Part shown: in pieces, positions 10,113 to 18,709 of the stretch
How the letters are laid out: each line of letters opens with the position of its first letter
Numbering within the stretch: the first letter of the stretch is position 1
Source: Candidatus Latescibacterota bacterium
GTDB lineage: Bacteria > Latescibacterota > UBA2968
NCBI GenBank assembly: GCA_038279365.1
Contig: JAYODI010000001.1
Location: forward strand, 64,001 to 128,000
Reading direction: 5' to 3'
Length of the DNA: 64,000 bases
The notes under the pieces: model-generated
The model's database searches: none
The model's input: the letters and a program-made list of their open reading frames with translations, nothing else
Told to the model about the DNA's origin: nothing
Position numbers and translations under genes: made by a program

Positions 10113-11855
10113 ATGTTTGCGAGCTTTTATCGGGTGCTGATGGTTTTTGTATTGGCAATGGTTGTTGGGGGACTCCCTGCCTTGGTTGTTGCACAGGTTC
10201 CCCAAGAAAGTGTGCCAGATTCTGTTTTAGATACGGCATTGTGGTCTATTGGGCTGACGCAGGCAGATTTGTCGATTCGGGGGGATACATTAGGAGACCC
10301 AGATCGGTTTGGCGTGACGAAAAATATTCTCGAAACACCCGCAATGGCAACAGATCTGTTGCCAAAATTTGGTATTGTTACTGGCAAACATGTGTTGCAA
10401 GATGCATTGCAATTGTATGGGGAGACTTCATCTGCGTGGCCTGTTCTTTCAGATCATAAAAACGCCAATGGTTTAGATACATTGATTCAGGCACTCATTG
10501 TTTGTCAAAAAAGGTTGGATGAGGTCTATGAACATTTTTCAAAAACAGAGTTAGATGCGTTTTTATCTTTAATTTTGTTGGCAGACCCGAAGGTGTCGGT
10601 TTCTGAAATGCAGGCAGATACTTTGATGGCCTTGGGGCGTCGTGTCAATTGCAAAGCCTTGTTGGTTTCTGTGATTGCTTTAATGGATGTTATTGACGCA
10701 TTTGTCGCGTTGCCACCCAAATTGGAATCGGGCGTTTTTGATACGCCTGTTGGACGGGTGATTGTTGGCACGGATTCTTCAGATGTATATACCGAATCGG
10801 CTGTTTTAATTGTCGATTTGGGTGGTAATGATCGGTATACACATTTATCAAAACCTGGATGTTTGTCTGTTGTGATTGATTTGGGTGGTGATGATTTGCA
10901 TGAGGGGATGTCGGGCAGTGGTATTGCGGGTGTTCAGGTGGTGGTAGATGTTTGGGGGCAAGATCGTTACCAAAGTGATGGGGTTGGGCAAGGGGTGGGC
11001 ATTGGTGGGGTGGGCGTTTTGGTTGATTTGGCAGGTGATGATGTGTATCAGGCCGATGTGGGAGGGCAAGGTTTTGGTTTTTATGGTGTCGGTGTCTTGT
11101 GTGATCGGGCTGGGGCAGACCAATATGAGGGGGCGTTGTTGGTGCAAGGTGTTGGTGCACCTGGTGGGATAGGCATCTTGGCAGATCAATCTGGAGATGA
11201 TATTTATCAGGCTGGCGGAAAATATAGAGATTTTCGAGAAGATGGTCAGTTTTATCAAAGTATGGCACAAGGTTTTGGATATGGTATTCGGCCATTGGCA
11301 TCGGGTGGGGTAGGTGTTTTGATAGATCAGATGGGTGATGATCGTTATGAGGTCGGGTATTTTGGACAAGGTTGTGGGTTTTGGGGCAGTGTGGGCATCG
11401 TCTTAGATGGCAATGGCAATGATCAATATGTCGCACGACGTTATGCCCAAGGGTGTGGTGTGCATTTGGCTGTGGGGTTGTTGGTCGATGAAATGGGTAA
11501 TGATGTGTATGCGTTGTGGGGTGTCGGGCAAGGGTGTGGACACGATTTGGCATTGGGGCGCTTGGTGGATGCTGCTGGGGCGGATCACTATCGTGCAACT
11601 TGGTTGGCGCAAGGGGTGGGCAGTGCAAATGGGGTGGGGTGGTTAGATGATGGTGCAGGAGATGATGTTTATTGGACCGAGCGTGATGACACACAAGGAT
11701 TTGGTATGCAGGCGCGTGATTATGGCAGCATTGGTATATTGATTGATCGGGCAGGTCTGGATCAATATCGTGAAAGCCGTGAGGATGGTTTTGTGCGTTC
11801 TGTGGGTGATTATGGGGTGCGTGTCGATTGGCCTTTGTTTTGGCGGTATAAATGA
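10113..11855 (+). CDS. Exported Gly/Asp-rich repeat protein, function unknown
   Basis: Hydrophobic signal-like N-terminus; 12 copies of D-x-x-G-x-D-x-[YH], mostly in ~26-aa GQGxG...GxGxLxD repeats. Confidence 0.75.
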   Translation: MFASFYRVLMVFVLAMVVGGLPALVVAQVPQESVPDSVLDTALWSIGLTQADLSIRGDTLGDPDRFGVTKNILETPAMATDLLPKFGIVTGKHVLQDALQLYGETSSAWPVLSDHKNANGLDTLIQALIVCQKRLDEVYEHFSKTELDAFLSLILLADPKVSVSEMQADTLMALGRRVNCKALLVSVIALMDVIDAFVALPPKLESGVFDTPVGRVIVGTDSSDVYTESAVLIVDLGGNDRYTHLSKPGCLSVVIDLGGDDLHEGMSGSGIAGVQVVVDVWGQDRYQSDGVGQGVGIGGVGVLVDLAGDDVYQADVGGQGFGFYGVGVLCDRAGADQYEGALLVQGVGAPGGIGILADQSGDDIYQAGGKYRDFREDGQFYQSMAQGFGYGIRPLASGGVGVLIDQMGDDRYEVGYFGQGCGFWGSVGIVLDGNGNDQYVARRYAQGCGVHLAVGLLVDEMGNDVYALWGVGQGCGHDLALGRLVDAAGADHYRATWLAQGVGSANGVGWLDDGAGDDVYWTERDDTQGFGMQARDYGSIGILIDRAGLDQYRESREDGFVRSVGDYGVRVDWPLFWRYK

Positions 11856-12682
11856 TGGGGCTGTGGATGGCTACAATGGGTGTGTGGTTGGGGATGCTGG
11901 GTGGCCCAGATTCACCAGTCCGAGAATCTGCTATAGATTCGTTGGTGATTTCGGGGCAAGTGGACGCTGTAACTCAGGCATTGTATGAACAAAATTGGCG
12001 TACACGAGAAGGACTCATTGCTGTTTTGGAACGATTGGGTGCGGTAGATGCGCTTGCAAGAATTGCCACACAACATTCCAAAACAGATGCGCAGCGTTTG
12101 GCGATTCGCAGTATGGGAAAAATTGGTCAGGCTGATGCGCAGATGCCACTTCGCAATTTATTGACTTCGGAACATCGCGATTTGGCCGTTGAGGCTTTGG
12201 GGAGGGTGGGCGATCAGACAGACATTGTGCGGGTGCGCTATCTTTTGCAGGACGCACGCGCAGATGTGCGTCGGCGGGCAGCATTGGCGTTGGTGCAATT
12301 GGCTGGCAACCAAGCCATAGATGATTTGGTTTTTTTGTTGGGAGATCCTCATCACAGTGTGCGTTTTGCTGTGTTTACTTCCTTGCTGGGATTTGGTCTT
12401 CCATCGGCCGATGCGATTTTGCCCGTGTATGATGGCTTGCCTGTGGTGGGCAAACAGCTTGCTTTGCGTTTGTTTGGGCAGTTGCGTTATTCATTGGCAC
12501 AAGCCATATTTGAAGATGTATTGGGCAAAGAGACATTTTGGCCCTTACAAGTGGCGGGTATTCGCGCATTGGCAGAGGGGAAAGATGCAAAATGGATACC
12601 TATTTTGAAAAAGGCGCAAAAAGAAGTATCTTCTTCAATTGCGAAAATGGCGATACAAGACGCAATTGAACAATTACAATAA
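11852..12682 (+). CDS. HEAT/PBS-lyase repeat protein
   Basis: DSPVRESAIDSL, DARADVRRRAALALVQL, DPHHSVRFA helical repeats. Confidence 0.8.
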   Translation: MMGLWMATMGVWLGMLGGPDSPVRESAIDSLVISGQVDAVTQALYEQNWRTREGLIAVLERLGAVDALARIATQHSKTDAQRLAIRSMGKIGQADAQMPLRNLLTSEHRDLAVEALGRVGDQTDIVRVRYLLQDARADVRRRAALALVQLAGNQAIDDLVFLLGDPHHSVRFAVFTSLLGFGLPSADAILPVYDGLPVVGKQLALRLFGQLRYSLAQAIFEDVLGKETFWPLQVAGIRALAEGKDAKWIPILKKAQKEVSSSIAKMAIQDAIEQLQ

Positions 12683-12704
12683 TTTAAGAGGGTTTTGGGC
12701 TGTG

Positions 12705-15029
12705 ATGGTGCTGCAATATATAACAGGAGAAAAATTAAGGCGGGTGATATTTTGGGGGCTCCAAGCGCTCATTGTGTTGGTACCGCTTGTTTTTTCTTCT
12801 GTATTTAATGAATATGGCACGCCCAAGATGGTGTTGGTACAGGTGGTGGCTATTTCGTTGGGGATGTGTTGGTTGGCCAGCATGGTGCTCGATGGTGAAG
12901 TGGCTTTGATTGATACGCCACTGAATTATACCTTTATGGCCTTTTTAGCAGTGCAATTTGTGTCGTTGTTTTTGGCTTATAATATGTACGAAGGTATGAG
13001 TACGTTGTTTGGGTATATCAGTTTTTTTCTAATAGCGAGCCTTATTTTTTATGTGATTAAAGCAATGGAAGAGATGCATCGCTTGTGTCTTTTGATGGTG
13101 GCAACGGGATGTGTTGTGGCTGTGATTGGTTTGTTACAGCACAATGGCATTTATCATTTTGGAGCCCCTTGGAATTTACCTATTTCAACGATTGGTAATG
13201 TGAACTTTACTGCGCAGTATTATAATGTCATTTTTCCCATTGCATTGGTACTGCTTTTTATGACACACCAATTTTGGATTCAAGTGGGTATCGGCACGGC
13301 AGTTTTTTTAATGGCGTGTCATTTGGTGGTGTTGGGGAGTCGTGGGGGGTGGTTAGGCGCAATGGTTGCTCTGATGACATTGGGCGTGGCAACCCTTATG
13401 AGGCATTATAAGATTGGTCGGCGTTTGCTCGATGCCCTGGTGGTGGGGGGGGTGATTGTTGGTTTGGGGTGGCCTGTTTTGATGGGGATGCTGTCGGGCA
13501 TTCAGGTGGGTGAAGGGCGAAATTTGGGTCAATTGCTTGACGCTTATCAAACACGTGTTGTGAATCGGGTAGAGAATGCGATCTTGTTGAAAGATGATTC
13601 AACTTTACAACGGGTAAGGCTTTGGGAAGATACGGCACGTTTGATTTGGGACAAACCCCTTTTGGGGGTGGGATTGGGAAACTTTGCATTTAATGTTCCT
13701 AAGTATATGAGCAAAGAGAGTTTGCTGGTCAAACAGCGCCGGGAGCAGCAAACAGGGCAAGATCTTATGGCGTTTAGTGCCCACAATGAATATTTAGAGA
13801 TTTGGGCAGAGACTGGTATTTTAGGCATGGCTGTATTTGGCGTACTTTTATATCAGCTTTTGATGGCTGTTTATCAGTTGGTGAAGCAATATATACGAGG
13901 GGAAGCACCTTTGTTGGTGGTTGGGCTTGTGGCTGCTGTATTGGCCACGCTGACCCACTCTTTTTTTAGTACCAATCTTCAACAGCCTGTGTCGGCCACT
14001 CATTTTTGGATGGTGGTGGGGATGGTTTGGTCTTTAAAACTCAATGCAGAGGGGCGTTATTCGGTTGCTTTGTTAGAAACGCATGCCCGTAAGTTTGCAC
14101 AAGTTTTATTGGTGTTGAGCGGTGTGATACTCGTGGTGGTAATTGTGATGGGGGCACGCAATTTGATGGGTGAGTATTACTATCAGCGCGGAAATTTGTT
14201 TTTCAAAAAAAAGGATTATGTTGAAGCGGAAAAAAGGTGGTATCGTGCAACACAGTTTGAGCCAACCAAATATTTTCAAACGCTCCAAGCATTGGGTACT
14301 GCGCGCTATAATTTAGAGCATTGGTCTGAGGCGATTCCTGTGTTTCAAGCCAGTTTGCGTTATTTTCCAAATAATGCACAGGTGCTCTATTTGTTGGGGC
14401 GATCTTTGGTCAAAACGAATCACGTTAAGGAAGCTTTGCCGCATTTGCAATCTGCTATAAAATTAAATCCTTTTGTTGCTTCTTATCATATTGGATTGGG
14501 TGAAGTTTTGTACAAAACAGGTGCAACTGATATGGCTATTGCAACACTGGAAGAAGCTTTGCGTTTGGACAATCGTAAATTTGAGGCGCATCAATTGTTG
14601 GGAGCCTGTTTCAAACAACAGGGCGATTTAATTGCTTCTGTGGCATCTTATAAACAGGCATTGGCTTTGGCACCTACAAATACAGAAATTTTGAATAGTT
14701 TGGCTGTTGTTTATTCAACACAAGGCAATTTTGAAGCTGCGCAGGAAGTTTTGTTACGATTGGTGAATGAGGTTCCTACAAACTTAGATTATCGATTGAA
14801 TTTGGGTGTGGTGCAAACACAATTGGAAGATTACTTTGCCGCCATGCATACATTGCAGGCAATTTTGGAGGCGGAACCCAATTATATTCGTGCCTATGTG
14901 GTTTTGGGACAGGTGTATGAAGTGCAAGATCGTTTGGAAGATGCAAAGCGCATTTATGAAGTTGCTTTGAAGCGGTGGCCCAATGAAGTTGTTTTTCAAA
15001 ATGCTTTGAATGAGCTGGTATCAAAGTGA
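12705..15029 (+). CDS. O-antigen ligase (Wzy_C)-family protein with C-terminal TPR repeats
   Basis: Multi-TM; STIGNVN, SRGGWLG, RVRLWED...PLLGVGLGNF, AHNEYLEIWAETGILG; multiple TPRs; start uncertain. Confidence 0.88.
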   Translation: MVLQYITGEKLRRVIFWGLQALIVLVPLVFSSVFNEYGTPKMVLVQVVAISLGMCWLASMVLDGEVALIDTPLNYTFMAFLAVQFVSLFLAYNMYEGMSTLFGYISFFLIASLIFYVIKAMEEMHRLCLLMVATGCVVAVIGLLQHNGIYHFGAPWNLPISTIGNVNFTAQYYNVIFPIALVLLFMTHQFWIQVGIGTAVFLMACHLVVLGSRGGWLGAMVALMTLGVATLMRHYKIGRRLLDALVVGGVIVGLGWPVLMGMLSGIQVGEGRNLGQLLDAYQTRVVNRVENAILLKDDSTLQRVRLWEDTARLIWDKPLLGVGLGNFAFNVPKYMSKESLLVKQRREQQTGQDLMAFSAHNEYLEIWAETGILGMAVFGVLLYQLLMAVYQLVKQYIRGEAPLLVVGLVAAVLATLTHSFFSTNLQQPVSATHFWMVVGMVWSLKLNAEGRYSVALLETHARKFAQVLLVLSGVILVVVIVMGARNLMGEYYYQRGNLFFKKKDYVEAEKRWYRATQFEPTKYFQTLQALGTARYNLEHWSEAIPVFQASLRYFPNNAQVLYLLGRSLVKTNHVKEALPHLQSAIKLNPFVASYHIGLGEVLYKTGATDMAIATLEEALRLDNRKFEAHQLLGACFKQQGDLIASVASYKQALALAPTNTEILNSLAVVYSTQGNFEAAQEVLLRLVNEVPTNLDYRLNLGVVQTQLEDYFAAMHTLQAILEAEPNYIRAYVVLGQVYEVQDRLEDAKRIYEVALKRWPNEVVFQNALNELVSK

Positions 15030-15276
15030 TTGCGTGATGCTGTGGTAGATATACTCTTTCAGATAGGTTTGCGTTTGAGGCTGAAGCGATGGATCATCAA
15101 CAACAACGATTGGCACAAACCATTCAAACGTTTGGCAAAGTCCAATACCCAAAATGAACAGCATTTGAAAACCATCATGCACATGCATGATTTGATGGAG
15201 CAAAGAGGAACCACAGAAGAGGAAGAAGAAAATAAGTAGATCAGAGGTGCGTAAATAGTGGGGGGTGTGGGCAATA

Positions 15277-15318
15277 AAAAGCCGTTCTCAAGTGAAAGAG
15301 AACGGCTTTTGTTTTTTT
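15277..15318. terminator. Bidirectional intrinsic terminator
   Basis: AAAAGCCGTTCTC-loop-GAGAACGGCTTTT with A/T tracts, between convergent transcripts. Confidence 0.8.
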
Positions 15319-15321
15319 AAG

Positions 15322-15405
15322 TGCCGAAGGCGGGAGTCGAACCCGCACGGGCTTGCGCCCACACGGCCCTGAACCGTGCGCGTCTACCAGTTTCACCACT
15401 TCGGC
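15322..15405 (-). tRNA. tRNA-Leu (CAG), CCA not encoded
   Basis: Reverse complement GCCGAAGTGGTGAAACTGGTAGACGCGCACGG-TTCAGGG-CCGTG...GGTTCGACTCCCGCCTTCGGCA; long variable arm. Confidence 0.96.
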
Positions 15406-15421
15406 AATCCCAAGTGGGCAG

Positions 15422-15450
15422 AATATATCATATGCGTTTTTTCTTGTCAA
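15422..15450 (-). promoter_or_regulatory. Sigma-70 promoter of tRNA-Leu
   Basis: Minus strand TTGACA-17 nt-TATATT, 16 nt upstream of the tRNA. Confidence 0.75.
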
Positions 15451-15476
15451 GCATCGCGTCTTTGTGGCTGAATGGG

Positions 15477-15719
15477 TTAAACAGCACCCGTGCCCTGACA
15501 GTGTGAACAGGTGATCTGGCCTGATCCACTGCATGTGGGGCAGGGCACTTGGCATTCACCGTGACAGATATCACAGGGTTCTTGATCGGCATCATCGTCA
15601 TCTTCTTCAATGAGGCTAAAGCCCGTGCCACCACATTGTTCACAAGCTACGTGAGCTGTGTTCAAGCAGGTTTGGCAGGGTTGGGTGCCGTTTCCTTGAC
15701 AAATGGGACAAGCGGACAC
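15477..15719 (-). CDS. Stand-alone DnaJ-type CxxCxGxG zinc-finger protein (80 aa)
   Basis: Six CxxC motifs, most followed by xGxG; acidic central loop. Confidence 0.8.
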   Translation of the reverse strand: MSACPICQGNGTQPCQTCLNTAHVACEQCGGTGFSLIEEDDDDADQEPCDICHGECQVPCPTCSGSGQITCSHCQGTGAV

Positions 15720-15755
15720 AAGAATGACCCTTATTTTATTTTGATATGTGTGGGG

Positions 15756-16109
15756 TTATGACAATGCTTTTGCGACCGCGTTTATAAGGTCTTGGTATTT
15801 GAATGGTTTCGAAATAACGGAACTTGCACCAAACTCATGGGCCAAGTCTAAGTGTTCTGCGGCATTACCCGAAATGACAATCACTGGAATATCGGGGTGA
15901 TCGGCATGGAGTTGTAGAAGTGTTTCAATGCCATCTTGGTTGGGCATAAGAATATCTGTAATGATGATGTCTGTTGGATTTTCAAGAAAACGCTGAATGC
16001 CTTCTACGCCATCTAATGCTTCTACCACATCGTGTCCTTCTCGTTCGAGCATAAAACGCATTGTTGAGCGCACTTCAAATTCGTCGTCAATGATTAAAAT
16101 TCGTGCCAT
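15756..16109 (-). CDS. Single-domain response regulator (receiver)
   Basis: ILIIDD, ITDILMP (phospho-Asp), ISG, SKPF. Confidence 0.92.
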   Translation of the reverse strand: MARILIIDDEFEVRSTMRFMLEREGHDVVEALDGVEGIQRFLENPTDIIITDILMPNQDGIETLLQLHADHPDIPVIVISGNAAEHLDLAHEFGASSVISKPFKYQDLINAVAKALS

Positions 16110-16112
16110 TTT

Positions 16113-16520
16113 TTATTCCTCGGTTGATCGATTTTCTAAGGCACGGATGTTATGATTGGCAATGTGTATCTGCTTCACATTATTTAACAATGTGCACAAT
16201 GTTTTCACTGAAACAGGTTTTTCGAGCATGACGTCTGCGCATTCCGCTGTTGAGGGTTCTATGTCACCTGGCAGATGACCGGAAATGATTGCAATGATTG
16301 CAGATGGGCACATGGCGCGTAGGGCACTTAAAATTTCTAAACCACTGGCACCGGGCAAGTGCACGTCTAAGGTAATGAGGTCATAGGAGGTGTTCAAGAT
16401 TTGTTCAAGTGCTTCTTCGGCTGAGGGAACAATATCCACATCTTCAAGGCCTTGACTGTGAGCCGCTTCAAAAAAAAACTGTGCGGTATTGTGATCATCT
16501 TCTATAATCAAGGTTTTCAT
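16113..16520 (-). CDS. Single-domain response regulator (receiver)
   Basis: Start moved to MKTLIIEDD (GGAG upstream); ITLDVHLP, ISG, EKPV. Confidence 0.88.
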   Translation of the reverse strand: MKTLIIEDDHNTAQFFFEAAHSQGLEDVDIVPSAEEALEQILNTSYDLITLDVHLPGASGLEILSALRAMCPSAIIAIISGHLPGDIEPSTAECADVMLEKPVSVKTLCTLLNNVKQIHIANHNIRALENRSTEE

Positions 16521-16642
16521 AAGAACTCCAAAGTTGTGACATAGGTTTGTTCTTGTATGAAATACGGTAATAGCGAACGCAGTGGATGTCAATTAAAAAA
16601 CTTGGTTGCCAAAGTTTATGGATAATCGTCTATTGGTTGTTG

Positions 16643-17575
16643 TCAGGTATATTGTCGAGACAAAAGCAACAATGCAAATGTGCTGCTGATGAGCAAGGCT
16701 GCGGTAAATAAGTGTAACACTTGGAAGATATGCGGTAAACCACCATAGGCCAGTAAAATGCCAAAAACTGTTTGGGCAATGATGAGCACAATGTTGATGT
16801 GGGTGAGGGAGCGAAAAAAACCGAGGATATTGTATTTGTGGATGGTGTAAACAAAAAAAGCGGATGCGGCAATGACCAGCCATGTAAAGGAGCGGTGGAT
16901 ATGATCCATCCAACCAATGGTGGTCATCCAGTCACTGCGATCGATACCTGCATTGTTTTTGATGTAGGGGTCAATGGCTTCGCGAACTTGTGTGCCCAAA
17001 AGCATTTGTAAAACAATGACAACAAATAAGAGTGTTGCAAGACGGGCCAAGCGCAGGTGAATATCTGTGGGCAATGATGTTGTGGATGTGTTGTTTACTG
17101 CTAAAAAAGTAATATAAATAAGTACGCACAAGAGCATCATTGCACTGACCATGTGCAAAGTGATCATGCCTGGTTTTAAGCCCGACTTGACGACTTGCCC
17201 GCCCAACCAGCCAGAAAACCCGACCAGAAAGACGGCAAAAAGTGCACCCCAAAAGATGCGTGGGTGGGCTTGGCGATAAGGAAGGGAACGAAAAAATGTG
17301 GTGAGAACCAATAAGCCAATGGTGACACCTACAAGTCTGTTGATGTACTCGATCCACATTTTGGTGGGGTTAAAATCTTCAATAGAGATGCCACGTTCTG
17401 CTAAGTATGTCGGGTCAATTTGATCTACGCTCGATGGTGGAAACCAACAGCCCCAGCACCGGGGCCAATCGGGGCATCCCAATCCGGCACCCGAGACACG
17501 AACAAGACTGCCAACAATAATGAGCAAAAGTGTCGCAATCAGTGTGGTAATGGCTGTTTTTTGAAAAGTGTTCAT
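16643..17575 (-). CDS. ctaA: Heme A synthase (COX15/CtaA family)
   Basis: GAGLGCPDWPRC, WIEYINR, conserved His-bearing TM helices; start moved to MNTFQK. Confidence 0.9.
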   Translation of the reverse strand: MNTFQKTAITTLIATLLLIIVGSLVRVSGAGLGCPDWPRCWGCWFPPSSVDQIDPTYLAERGISIEDFNPTKMWIEYINRLVGVTIGLLVLTTFFRSLPYRQAHPRIFWGALFAVFLVGFSGWLGGQVVKSGLKPGMITLHMVSAMMLLCVLIYITFLAVNNTSTTSLPTDIHLRLARLATLLFVVIVLQMLLGTQVREAIDPYIKNNAGIDRSDWMTTIGWMDHIHRSFTWLVIAASAFFVYTIHKYNILGFFRSLTHINIVLIIAQTVFGILLAYGGLPHIFQVLHLFTAALLISSTFALLLLSRQYT

Positions 17576-17761
17576 TGTTTCTGGTCTCAAAAAGGCTGTC
17601 AGGCAAACTTTTACAAGCATGCACAATGGATGATATGATTTGTGGATTAAGAGGATTATTTATGTTTTATAAACATACCATTTCTTGTATTTGAAGCAAT
17701 ATGAAATACACAAAAAGGTCATGCGGTGTGTTGTTAAATGGTTCCTGAAAATATATAACAA

Positions 17762-17796
17762 CAAAGGGGTCGCGAATGTCTTTCGCAACCCCTTTG
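17762..17796 (-). terminator. Intrinsic terminator downstream of the RraA-family gene
   Basis: CAAAGGGGTCGCGAA / TTCGCAACCCCTTTG stem; T-rich tail on minus strand. Confidence 0.65.
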
Positions 17797-17850
17797 AATG
17801 AATGGTTTTTACGTAAAAGTGAAGAGCTCAGACGGTTGCCTCAGCGGGTA

Positions 17851-18570
17851 TTATGCGTTGCGCTTCTTTTTCCAGGCTTCAAACTCCGCCAGTGTTTTTT
17901 CATCGGGTGGATAGGTTCCCACGATACTGGCACCCATTTGAATTTTTTCTAAGATAAAGTTTTCACGCTGTTCGGCTTCGGCGGCTTCTTCGGCCACTTC
18001 TTTGGCGAGGTGACGTGGAATAACAACGACGCCTTCGCCATCGCCAACAATGATGTCGCCGGGATATACGGCAACACCACCACAGGCTATGGGCAGTTGT
18101 AAATCGACAGGACTGTGGATGGTTTTGTTTGTGTGTGCATTCATGGCACTGGCATAAGCGGGGATACCAATTTCGGCAATGGCAGGACTGTCGCGATAAG
18201 AACCGTCGCAGACAATACCAGCAGCACCGCGTACATGGAGGCGCGTGGCCAAAATAGAGCCCATCGTACCGGCTCTGTCATCACCTCGTGCGTCAATAAC
18301 AAATACCTCTCCGGGGCCTACGCGCTCAATGCCCACACGTTGGATGTCTGTTAGATTGTCTACAGGGATGCGATCTACATCTTCTCGAGATGGGATATAA
18401 CGCATGGTAAAAGCAGGCCCAGCCATTTTCATGCCGGGTTTGAGGGGCGAGACATTGTGCATAAATATGTTCCATAGCCCGCGTTTATTCAATGCGGACG
18501 TGAGTGTGGCGGTGCTGGGAATCATGAGCTTGTTGAGGGTTTCTTGTGTGACTTCAATTTCTTCTGCCAT
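17851..18570 (-). CDS. RraA / HMG-aldolase family protein
   Basis: GPAFTMRYIP, VIDARG, GIVCDGSYRD, CGGVAVYPGDIIVGDGEGVVVIP. Confidence 0.88.
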   Translation of the reverse strand: MAEEIEVTQETLNKLMIPSTATLTSALNKRGLWNIFMHNVSPLKPGMKMAGPAFTMRYIPSREDVDRIPVDNLTDIQRVGIERVGPGEVFVIDARGDDRAGTMGSILATRLHVRGAAGIVCDGSYRDSPAIAEIGIPAYASAMNAHTNKTIHSPVDLQLPIACGGVAVYPGDIIVGDGEGVVVIPRHLAKEVAEEAAEAEQRENFILEKIQMGASIVGTYPPDEKTLAEFEAWKKKRNA

Positions 18571-18709
18571 CTGACTAAGGCCTCATTTCTGGATAGATGG
18601 GTCTATTTGAATGCTGTAGATTAAAAATAATATAGTACGCTTTGACAAGGACGCAATACATTTTCTGCGGCGTTCTGTTTGGGCTGGTTTACTTCTTTGT
18701 TTTAGCCAA

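Noticed and set aside
15322-15405. tRNA-Leu or tRNA-Val (53976-54052) as island integration sites
   Set aside because: No integrase or transposase, and I saw no duplicated tRNA 3' end; both tRNAs are followed directly by terminators
15321-15555. ORFs 15321-15506 (+) and 15241-15555 (-)
   Set aside because: They overlap the tRNA-Leu gene and are spurious translations
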